The notes beneath the pieces were generated by a model. The model made no database searches. It was not told where the DNA came from and was given only the letters and a program-made list of their open reading frames with translations. A DNA stretch of 64,000 nt from a virus (taxonomy: Duplodnaviria > Caudoviricetes): positions 5,391 to 69,390 of the IMG/VR virus record IMGVR_UViG_2802428849_000003; one strand, 5' to 3'. A program made the position numbers and the translations under genes. Position 1 is the first letter of the stretch; every line of letters starts with the position of its first letter. Positions 1-7,307 of this stretch are shown piece after piece.

Positions 1-22
1 CGAAAAAGAGTTAAATGAACTA

Positions 23-625
23 TTGAAAAGCATTACTATAGTAGTTGATACTAGAGAAAATGCAAATGACCATATAATTAAATACTTTGATGATAAAAAA
101 ATTCCCCATATCAGTAGAAAACTTGACTTTGGGGATTACACTTGCTATCTACCCGCTAATCCAGAGCTTGGTATTATGAGGGATACTTACTTTGATTGTG
201 TAATTGAAAGAAAAGGACATCTTGAAGAATTATCCGGGAACCTTACTACAGACCGCACTAGATTAGAAAATGAGTTTATAAGAGCCAAAGATAGTAGATT
301 TATTATGATGATTGAGAAAAAAGAAAATAAAGAAGCTTTATTGGCTTTTAAGAAAATAAAAAAGGTTATAGATGAACTTCCTCATGATACAGGTATCAAA
401 GCAAACGACTTTAATATATTAAAAGATGCTATTGCTGGTATTGGTAGTTTTGAAGATATAATTGAACATAAATATGATACTCAATACAATGAAAAGTCCT
501 ATATTGCTTCATTACTCGCTTTTGGACACAGATATGACATTGATATACATTTTATCGATAAAAAATATGCTGGATTATTTATCTATCATCAGTTGTATTA
601 TTTTGTAAGAGAATATTTGAAATAG
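23..625 (+). CDS. ERCC4-domain nuclease (probably starts upstream of the window)
   Basis: VVDTRE, LDFGDY and IERK motifs of the ERCC4/XPF family; frame is open back to position 2 (EKELNELLKS). Confidence 0.8.
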   Translation: MKSITIVVDTRENANDHIIKYFDDKKIPHISRKLDFGDYTCYLPANPELGIMRDTYFDCVIERKGHLEELSGNLTTDRTRLENEFIRAKDSRFIMMIEKKENKEALLAFKKIKKVIDELPHDTGIKANDFNILKDAIAGIGSFEDIIEHKYDTQYNEKSYIASLLAFGHRYDIDIHFIDKKYAGLFIYHQLYYFVREYLK

Positions 626-639
626 CTTGGGGTGATTTT

Positions 640-831
640 ATGATAAGGCTAAAAATAAAACAATTATTTTGTAAACATAAATTTGTTTATCTAGGAAAAC
701 ACAAAGATATTCAAGAACATCTATGGCAATGCACAAAATGTAGAATATTCCTAGTTAAGAATACTGGGATTTTGGTTAGCTACAAGACTAATCGGCCTGA
801 TATAGATGAATATACTGACTATAAGGAATGA
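640..831 (+). CDS. hypothetical phage protein (CxH/CxxC)
   Basis: RBS GGGGTG upstream; FCKHK and CTKC motifs. Confidence 0.55.
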   Translation: MIRLKIKQLFCKHKFVYLGKHKDIQEHLWQCTKCRIFLVKNTGILVSYKTNRPDIDEYTDYKE

Positions 832-835
832 TTAT

Positions 836-985
836 ATGATTATTTTAAAACAACTTTTACTAATGATTTCAACCTTTATGGTTTCTTGCCTACTATTTGG
901 GTGTGAGTTTTTGGAACAAAACGGAGTACGCTATTTTCAATGGGGTTTTTACCACTACAAGAAAAAGAAAGGCAATCGGCTATGA
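836..985 (+). CDS. 49-aa hydrophobic peptide, possible small lipoprotein
   Basis: Manually read ORF MIILKQLLLMISTFMVSCLLFGCEFLEQ...; AAGGA RBS; ATGA overlap with next ORF; LLFGC lipobox-like. Confidence 0.45.
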   Translation: MIILKQLLLMISTFMVSCLLFGCEFLEQNGVRYFQWGFYHYKKKKGNRL

Positions 986-1119
986 TTACTTTTAAATTCT
1001 GTAAATATCATGACTGGAACAATATTGAAATAATTGAACTGAACTCATTTGAAGAGTTCTTTTATTTTTACCAAGAAAACCATGACAAAGGTTGCATTTA
1101 CGATGTGAAATTAAAATAA
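982..1119 (+). CDS. 45-aa hypothetical protein
   Basis: Manually read ORF MITFKFCKYHDWNNIEIIEL...; coupled to the previous ORF by ATGA. Confidence 0.45.
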   Translation: MITFKFCKYHDWNNIEIIELNSFEEFFYFYQENHDKGCIYDVKLK

Positions 1120-1128
1120 CTGGAGGTA

Positions 1129-1677
1129 ATGTATATGAAAGAAGTTATTGAAGGTTTATTTGTTGGAGATGAAAATGATTTTTACAGCAGTTTGTTATGT
1201 ACTTACGAACCTGTAAAATCAGAGATGGAAATACTTATGAACATGCCTGAAGGTTGGGCTGTTTGTCATGCTTGCAAAGAACCATTTCATAGAATGGCTT
1301 TACAATATACAGGCCGTGGGGCTCCTAAAGAACATCCTGAATACTTATGGTCTGAAAGAATAGGAAATAGGCTTGCAATGAATATAGTTGATGCTCCAAA
1401 GTCAATATTCTTTGATAAAGGAATGATTGATAAAGCTTTGGACTTTATTCATCAAAAGAGAAATCAAGGATTGAAAGTTTTAGTACATTGCAATGAGGGT
1501 TTTTCACGCTCCCCTTCTATTGCTCTACTCTACCTAATTAAGCATAGATTAATTAAAGGCGAAACTTTGGAAGATGTTGAGGCTGAATTTTTAAAGCTAT
1601 ATCCTAGCTACAATCCTGGTGCTGGTATGAGAGGGTTTGTTAAGGAGAATTGGAATTATTATAATGCTCCGTTCTAG
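1129..1677 (+). CDS. dual-specificity protein phosphatase family protein
   Basis: VLVHCNEGFSRS = HCxxGxxRS (CX5R) active-site loop; GGAGG RBS. Confidence 0.85.
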   Translation: MYMKEVIEGLFVGDENDFYSSLLCTYEPVKSEMEILMNMPEGWAVCHACKEPFHRMALQYTGRGAPKEHPEYLWSERIGNRLAMNIVDAPKSIFFDKGMIDKALDFIHQKRNQGLKVLVHCNEGFSRSPSIALLYLIKHRLIKGETLEDVEAEFLKLYPSYNPGAGMRGFVKENWNYYNAPF

Positions 1678-1678
1678 A

Positions 1679-1743
1679 AAATCATAATATTAAAAATATT
1701 GTAATTAAATCATAATATTAAAAATATTGTAATTAAATCATAA
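1679..1743. repeat. 28-bp tandem duplication (about 2.3 copies)
   Basis: ATCATAATATTAAAAATATTGTAATTAA at 1681-1708 and 1709-1736, partial third copy. Confidence 0.9.
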
Positions 1744-1800
1744 AAAATAAAGGATTTTACCTTTCTTTGTAGAATTATATCTATGAAGGGGGGTGAAACC

Positions 1801-2097
1801 ATGGCAGATTATTATATCCACGCAGTAAATCAAGAGAAAGATGTTATTAAAAAAGTAAAGACATGTACATCTTATACATCAAGTGGCCCAGGTTACTCAA
1901 CAGAAAAGACCAGAACATCAGTAGAATTGGATATTGATATTTTCAAAAAAACTATTTATACAATTTATAAGAATAGTAATGGTAACTGGACTCTAGGGGC
2001 AAAGGTTATAACTGAAAAAGTTGACGGCAAAACTTACATCAAAACCGAAGCTAATGGAAAAAAATGCGACAATCTTGACAACATTGAACAATACTAA
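1801..2097 (+). CDS. DUF3892-family protein
   Basis: GGGGGTGA RBS before ATG 1801; W..GAKV...G..YIKT..NG...DNL pattern. Confidence 0.65.
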   Translation: MADYYIHAVNQEKDVIKKVKTCTSYTSSGPGYSTEKTRTSVELDIDIFKKTIYTIYKNSNGNWTLGAKVITEKVDGKTYIKTEANGKKCDNLDNIEQY

Positions 2098-2111
2098 ATA
2101 ATTATTATGAT

Positions 2112-2141
2112 AAGCACTCTATCAAGGGTGCTTTTTCTTTT
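2112..2141 (+). terminator. intrinsic terminator
   Basis: AAGCACTCT-ATCA-AGGGTGCTT hairpin then T-run. Confidence 0.8.
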
Positions 2142-2153
2142 AAAACAATACAT

Positions 2154-2229
2154 ATTGGCTCATGTTCCAAGGTGGCGAGTTGGTCTCCAAAACCGACTGT
2201 GTAGGGTTCGATTCCCTAAGCCTTTGCCA
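2154..2229 (+). tRNA. tRNA-Trp(CCA)-like element with degenerate acceptor and D arms
   Basis: T arm TAGGG-TTCGATT-CCCTA; anticodon arm TTGGT-CTCCAAA-ACCGA; encoded 3' CCA at 2227-2229; acceptor ATTGGCT/AGCCTTT has two T-T mismatches. Confidence 0.65.
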
Positions 2230-2249
2230 TACTTAATATTAGTGTTCAG

Positions 2250-2281
2250 GCTCATTACCTTACGAGGGATGGGCTATTTTT
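2250..2281 (+). terminator. intrinsic terminator after the tRNA-like element
   Basis: GCTCAT..CCTTACGAGG..ATGGGC hairpin then TATTTTT. Confidence 0.65.
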
Positions 2282-2303
2282 ATGCCTGAAAGATGGTGGT
2301 ATT

Positions 2304-3878
2304 ATGACACAAAAGAGAGTTTCAAAAGGTCGTATCGAACGACAAAATGAAAAGTATATACAACATTCCTCTGCTGAAAAAATTGGTATATGCGAAGAAT
2401 GTGGAAAACCTTTTGAGAGAGTTTGGGTACCTTCACAAAATAGGTATAATAATCAAAAGACTTGTGGCTCATGCAGAATGGCTAAAGCCAATGGATTTAA
2501 GAAGGTCACTATCCCCTACTCTCCTCATGAAGCACAACAGAAAATTCATGATAGTAAAGCTAGGTTTAAGATTTTAGTCTGTGGCAATAGATTTGGAAAG
2601 GACTTAGGCTCTATCGGTGAAGGTGTAATGAGATTTCTTGCAATGGAAAATGAAGATAGATCCATTGATGTTAATCCTCCTGTTCTTTGGTGGATAGTCG
2701 CTCCCAATATGCGGCTAGCAAGACAAAACTGGCGTGACCTAAAGAAACTATTGCCTAAAGAATTAGTTTGGGATATTTCCCTCTCAAACTTAACTATAGA
2801 AACCATAAACGGTGGAATTATAGAGGTCCACTCTGCCGATGACCCTGAAACTTTAGTAGGGGTTGGTCTTGACATTGTAACCATAACGGAAGCTGCTAGA
2901 GTTAGAGAATTTGACACAGTTTGGGCTAACTTAAGACAAAGACTTGACTCTCCCGGAAGAGGTCCTGGTGGCAAAGGTGGAATTGCTTTAATCAACAGTA
3001 CTCCTAGGGGTAGAACTTACTTTTATAAGTTAGCCTTAATGGGAGATAAGACTTCCTCCCTCTACTCTCCTTCTTATGAAACATTTCATTTCTCTACTTG
3101 GGATAACCCTTACATGGGAGCCAAGAGACACACTATCGTTGGTAAGGATCCAATGGGCAACCCTATTACCTTTGAAGATGAAATAAAAATGGGTATGACT
3201 GAAGCTAGATACCGACAAGACTATCTAGCTGAATTTATTATGGAGATTAACTCCGTATTCCCTAACTATGAAAAGGTTTTAGTTAGACCACCTAGTAGAA
3301 AAGATGAGGAAATAGCTAAGTTTTGGGCTGAATGGGAAAAAGTTGACCCGTTCGAGGTATACACTATTGGCTATGACCCTGCTAGTAAGGGCGATGGTAA
3401 ACCATGTGTAATTAGAGATAGCAAAGGTAAAGTTGTAAAAATAGACCTTATGAGTAGACTAGGTTGGGATGCTCAATGGGATTTATTAGCCACGTATTCG
3501 AGATTGTACAATGGTGCTACTGTAAACTTTGGTCAAACTGGGCTTGGTGAAACTATAGGTTCACAACTTACTAAAAGAGGCATTCCAAATGTTCCTATAA
3601 ATGAACAAGGTAACAACAAAGCTAAATTAGTTGAGGACTTTGCAGTAGTAGTCGAGCAACAATGGTGTCAAATCCCTTGGAGTACCGAGGTTGAAAAACA
3701 ACTTCAAGACTATGTATCTGTAGATAGAGAAAGTCGTTCTACTCAATACCATAATGCTACAGATAGTGGGCATGATGATATAGTGTCTGCATTATACTTC
3801 TGTTTTAGTGACTTCCAATCACCTGCTCTTATATTACCTTGGGTTGGTAGAGTCGGGGGAATAAGCAAATCAAATTAA
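2304..3878 (+). CDS. terL: terminase large subunit with N-terminal CxxC..CxxC zinc-ribbon extension
   Basis: Walker A-like CGNRFGK, Walker B-like IVTITEA, NSTP coupling motif, IGYDPA and GHDDIV nuclease motifs; upstream of portal. Confidence 0.9.
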   Translation: MTQKRVSKGRIERQNEKYIQHSSAEKIGICEECGKPFERVWVPSQNRYNNQKTCGSCRMAKANGFKKVTIPYSPHEAQQKIHDSKARFKILVCGNRFGKDLGSIGEGVMRFLAMENEDRSIDVNPPVLWWIVAPNMRLARQNWRDLKKLLPKELVWDISLSNLTIETINGGIIEVHSADDPETLVGVGLDIVTITEAARVREFDTVWANLRQRLDSPGRGPGGKGGIALINSTPRGRTYFYKLALMGDKTSSLYSPSYETFHFSTWDNPYMGAKRHTIVGKDPMGNPITFEDEIKMGMTEARYRQDYLAEFIMEINSVFPNYEKVLVRPPSRKDEEIAKFWAEWEKVDPFEVYTIGYDPASKGDGKPCVIRDSKGKVVKIDLMSRLGWDAQWDLLATYSRLYNGATVNFGQTGLGETIGSQLTKRGIPNVPINEQGNNKAKLVEDFAVVVEQQWCQIPWSTEVEKQLQDYVSVDRESRSTQYHNATDSGHDDIVSALYFCFSDFQSPALILPWVGRVGGISKSN

Positions 3879-3891
3879 TAAACGTTATATC

Positions 3892-3919
3892 AAGCAATCT
3901 CTAATGAGGTTGTTTTTTT
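3892..3919 (+). terminator. intrinsic terminator
   Basis: AGCAATCTC-TAAT-GAGGTTGTT then T-run. Confidence 0.7.
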
Positions 3920-3926
3920 ATATACC

Positions 3927-3997
3927 ACACTGTCAATAACCAAGGAATACATAGGGTTTGGTCTACCTCCGACCGTCCTTCCTTGGTGCGGTGACTT
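3927..3997 (+). ncRNA. long RNA hairpin with anti-Shine-Dalgarno loop
   Basis: ACCAAGGAA (3939-3947) pairs TTCCTTGGT (3979-3987); inner TGGTC/GACCG stem closes loop TACCTCC. Confidence 0.4.
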
Positions 3998-4025
3998 ACA
4001 TATATAATTCTTGGGAGGTGGTTAA

Positions 4026-4154
4026 ATGAAAGACTTATGGAACACTTTCAAAATGAGTAGATGCTTTTGGTGGTTTAAGCATAAAACTGAATATCAAAAT
4101 GGATTAGGCTATAGGTGTTGTAGATGTGGAAAGCCTAAGAGTCAATGTAAATAA
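4026..4154 (+). CDS. 42-aa Cys-rich peptide
   Basis: Manually read MKDLWNTFKMSRCFWWFKHKTEYQNGLGYRCCRCGKPKSQCK; GGGAGGTG RBS. Confidence 0.55.
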   Translation: MKDLWNTFKMSRCFWWFKHKTEYQNGLGYRCCRCGKPKSQCK

Positions 4155-4433
4155 TCATTTCTTCTTAGGCCATATGTCATTTAGAGCTGAAAATAAGTCT
4201 ATTAAATTTCTAGTAGTTTTTACCTTCCTTCTAGTTTCTCTACTAGTATCACCAATCATTATAGAGAAATTAGATACTATTTTAGTTGCAATGTATGCAA
4301 TAATTCCTACAACAATTGTTCCTACTATATAAGGTGCTATTCTAGGAATGGTGAATTCAAAGAAGATTTTTAACCAAAATTCTATACCATAATAAAATCC
4401 TTGTTTAATGGAATCTGCAACTATGTTTTCCAT
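4155..4433 (-). CDS. antisense membrane protein (moron-like)
   Basis: GGGAG RBS before ATG 4433; hydrophobic IAPYIVGTIVVGIIAYIA helix; opposite to the late operon. Confidence 0.6.
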   Translation of the reverse strand: MENIVADSIKQGFYYGIEFWLKIFFEFTIPRIAPYIVGTIVVGIIAYIATKIVSNFSIMIGDTSRETRRKVKTTRNLIDLFSALNDIWPKKK

Positions 4434-4516
4434 ACTACTCCCCCTCTCCCCTATTATCATAATAATACCTTATTTGAGAGGGAAATAAACAAATATTAAA
4501 TATTGGAGGCAATTAA

Positions 4517-4756
4517 ATGAATGAAAAACAAGAAAAACAATTTGAAACAAAGTTTACAACCGCTGTTTTAGGATTTGCTATGCAATTTCAAGCAATAATG
4601 GAAAGCGCAACTGAAGAATTTGCAGAAAAGATAGTTGAAAAGTATGAGAAAAATCCAGAAATGAGTATTGAAGAGATGACAAAAGAAATTGCAAATCATG
4701 CTGTTAAAGAACTAGTTAAAGAGTTTAAATTGCAGGTGAATTGTGATGAAACTTAA
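4517..4756 (+). CDS. hypothetical protein
   Basis: GGAGG RBS, 79-aa ORF. Confidence 0.55.
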   Translation: MNEKQEKQFETKFTTAVLGFAMQFQAIMESATEEFAEKIVEKYEKNPEMSIEEMTKEIANHAVKELVKEFKLQVNCDET

Positions 4757-5018
4757 TCTTGATAAAAATATGCTTACTTTAAAAGGTGAGCCTACGAATG
4801 AAAAACTAAGTGATATACTGGCCAATATACTTGCTATGTCTACTGTGGGTAAGCCTGCTCAAATGATTACATGGGCTGTTAATCTTACTAATACTGGTGA
4901 AATTGATATATCGAAAGAGGATGCTAAATTCATTATGGATATAGTCATCAATAGTCCAAACTATGTTAATTTAGCTAAGGCTCAGGTAATAGAAGAAATT
5001 GAAAAACTTCTAGAATAG
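4743..5018 (+). CDS. hypothetical phage protein
   Basis: Overlapping, operon-like ORF with RBS. Confidence 0.55.
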   Translation: MMKLNLDKNMLTLKGEPTNEKLSDILANILAMSTVGKPAQMITWAVNLTNTGEIDISKEDAKFIMDIVINSPNYVNLAKAQVIEEIEKLLE

Positions 5019-5028
5019 GGGTGATTAT

Positions 5029-5451
5029 ATGAAATTTTGGAAAAAACTTATGGAATATATAGAGAAAATATCTGATAGGAATTTAAGCACGGCGAATTAC
5101 TTAAGAAACTTATCTAGTGAAGTTAATTTTTTAAATAATTCACTGACAGAAAAATGCTTAAAATCTAATTTTGAATCAAATGAAAGTCCAATTAAAAAAA
5201 TTAATTCATCTGTTACATTTGTGTTAGATTGTAATGAGGATAGAACAAAACTTATAATTCAAAATATAGGCTTAGAGCCTTGCTACATTAAGTTAGATAG
5301 TGGAATTACCAAGGATGATTTTCACTTTGTATTGGCTCCTGATACCTCATCTAGCTTTGGTAATGGTGGAAGTATTACACTAGATAATTGGCATGGTGAA
5401 GTTTGGGCTATATGCGAAAAAGAAACTAAGCTTTCCGTATTGGAATATTAA
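5029..5451 (+). CDS. hypothetical phage protein (beta-rich C-terminal half)
   Basis: GGGGTG RBS; position in head gene block. Confidence 0.55.
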   Translation: MKFWKKLMEYIEKISDRNLSTANYLRNLSSEVNFLNNSLTEKCLKSNFESNESPIKKINSSVTFVLDCNEDRTKLIIQNIGLEPCYIKLDSGITKDDFHFVLAPDTSSSFGNGGSITLDNWHGEVWAICEKETKLSVLEY

Positions 5452-5464
5452 GGGGTGCTAACCT

Positions 5465-5680
5465 ATGATATGGTTACTTATTATGATATTTATACCTGTT
5501 GTTTTGGCAATGATAATTAATTTATCTTGGAAAATACAAAGAAACAAAATTGATGAAAAAATCCGAATGGATAAACTCAAAGCTGAAAGAGATTACTTAG
5601 CTATGAAACAAGCAACAAAGCTTTCATATGGTGAAAGACAAAGATTAAACTTTGCATTAGGAAAGCATTGGAAAAGGTGA
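5465..5680 (+). CDS. small membrane-anchored protein
   Basis: N-terminal hydrophobic helix, basic tail. Confidence 0.55.
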   Translation: MIWLLIMIFIPVVLAMIINLSWKIQRNKIDEKIRMDKLKAERDYLAMKQATKLSYGERQRLNFALGKHWKR

Positions 5681-5691
5681 GGTGATGTAAT

Positions 5692-7074
5692 ATGGGACTT
5701 TCTAATAGACAATTTGCAAGAGCAAGAGCAGAACCTAAATATATTCCTACTGGTAGGCAAACTCAAATAAATAATGGTTACACCTCTACCCTCTCCCCTT
5801 TTAGATCACGAACTGGTGATGTGCTTAAAACTCTAAGAAGTATTCCAGAGGAAGCTGCAGCTATAGAATATTTAAAAAGAGTAAATCCAGATGTATCAAT
5901 GGCAGTGTGGAACTTTGTAAGACTCGCAAATCAAGGCAATGAAATGCACTTCTATGGACTTGATGGCAAGACTAGAAGAACTGATTTAGAAAGTAAATGG
6001 CGTGAATTTGCTTCAAGAATAAATGAAATATCCAACAGTGGTCTTGATGGATTAATAGACCAATTACACTATAGTTCCTTTCTTCTTGGTGCTATGGGTG
6101 TTGAAGTTGAGGTTACACCTGATAGAAAAGATATTTATGATGTCTACCCTGTCAAACCTCAAACTATAGAATGGGAACTAAAAGAAATCAAAGGTAGAAA
6201 AACTTGGGTGCCATTCCAATATCATATGACTAAAAAAGTCTATCTAGATAAAGAACATGCTAACTTCTTCTGGGTACCTGCTGACCCTGATATAGGCGAC
6301 CCTAGAGGAACATTAACAATGACTCCTGTATTACAAGCTATAGACTTTCAAATGCAAATACTACAAGACTTACAAGCAGTACTTCATCATCAGGGCTACC
6401 CTAGGAATGATATTGAGATTGTTTTGGAAAGGCTTATGACTTACTGTCCTCCACATATAAAAAACAATCCTAAAGAACTTCAAAATTGGCTCAATGAACA
6501 ACATAATAATATCGTTAATATGATGGAAAACATTGCTCCTGATAGTGATTATATTCATTTTGATGATGTAAAAATTAATATGACTAATGGTGCTAATGGT
6601 GGAAGAAGTCTTGATGTTAGAGCTATAAACGAGCTTGTAGATGTTCAAGTCCTAAATGGTCTTAAACAATTAGGTACCTTTGCTAATAGGTCTGCTGGGA
6701 AAACTGAAACTTGGTCTACAGTAGAATTCCTCATCATGACCCAAGGAATAAAATCATGTCAAAGAGGCTCTAAGCGACTCATAGAAGAAATTGCTAGACT
6801 ATGGTTGAGGGTCAATGGTGAGCAAGCTATTGCCAAGTTTAAACACGGGGTAGTTAATTGGCAAAGTGAAGAAGATAAACAAACAGTAGCATTAATGAAA
6901 CAAGAGTTTTATGTAATTGCACAGTTAATGGGATGGATTAGTGGAGATAAAGCAAGTCAAGAAGTAATGGGAAACAAAGGTGCTGTAGGTAAGCCTAACG
7001 AAAATATCAGAATAAGTTTTAATAATGTTAAAAGCAATACTATTAACGAAAAAGAAAATACGGAAACTACTTAG
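5692..7074 (+). CDS. portal protein (probable)
   Basis: 460 aa, position between terL and the protease/capsid genes. Confidence 0.75.
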   Translation: MGLSNRQFARARAEPKYIPTGRQTQINNGYTSTLSPFRSRTGDVLKTLRSIPEEAAAIEYLKRVNPDVSMAVWNFVRLANQGNEMHFYGLDGKTRRTDLESKWREFASRINEISNSGLDGLIDQLHYSSFLLGAMGVEVEVTPDRKDIYDVYPVKPQTIEWELKEIKGRKTWVPFQYHMTKKVYLDKEHANFFWVPADPDIGDPRGTLTMTPVLQAIDFQMQILQDLQAVLHHQGYPRNDIEIVLERLMTYCPPHIKNNPKELQNWLNEQHNNIVNMMENIAPDSDYIHFDDVKINMTNGANGGRSLDVRAINELVDVQVLNGLKQLGTFANRSAGKTETWSTVEFLIMTQGIKSCQRGSKRLIEEIARLWLRVNGEQAIAKFKHGVVNWQSEEDKQTVALMKQEFYVIAQLMGWISGDKASQEVMGNKGAVGKPNENIRISFNNVKSNTINEKENTETT

Positions 7075-7228
7075 CTTTTCCGTATTCTTTTAAGACTAAT
7101 TCTATACCCTTATCTAGCAACCTAGACATTGGTATCATTGTTTCTTCTGATAATGCTTTCAGTTGCTCATACAACTTAGTGTCCACCGCATTAGATATTG
7201 GAGTTCTATTCTTTAGTCCTCTATTCAC
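7067..7228 (-). CDS. ribbon-helix-helix DNA-binding protein (53 aa)
   Basis: Manually read MNRGLKNRTPISNAVDTKLYEQLKALSEETMIPMSRLLDKGIELVLKEYGKAK; GAGGTG RBS, GTG start; RHH pattern. Confidence 0.75.
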   Translation of the reverse strand: MNRGLKNRTPISNAVDTKLYEQLKALSEETMIPMSRLLDKGIELVLKEYGKAK

Positions 7229-7246
7229 AATTATCACCTCAATTTT

Positions 7247-7298
7247 ATTATATATTATAATGCTATTCCTTGCAACTACATGTAGTTAATGGTATAAT
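7247..7298. promoter_or_regulatory. divergent sigmaA-type promoters sharing one TTGCAA -35, with a 14-bp palindromic operator
   Basis: TTGCAA (7270-7275)-17-TATAAT on both strands; AACTACATGTAGTT perfect palindrome at 7274-7287. Confidence 0.7.
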
Positions 7299-7307
7299 AT
7301 ATATGAG

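Noticed and set aside
1679-1743. Possible mini-CRISPR array
   Set aside because: Repeats are directly adjacent with no spacers, and no cas genes are present.
2107-2289. 60-aa ORF from the ORF track
   Set aside because: Overlaps a terminator, the tRNA-like element and a second terminator; no RBS; better explained as RNA structure.
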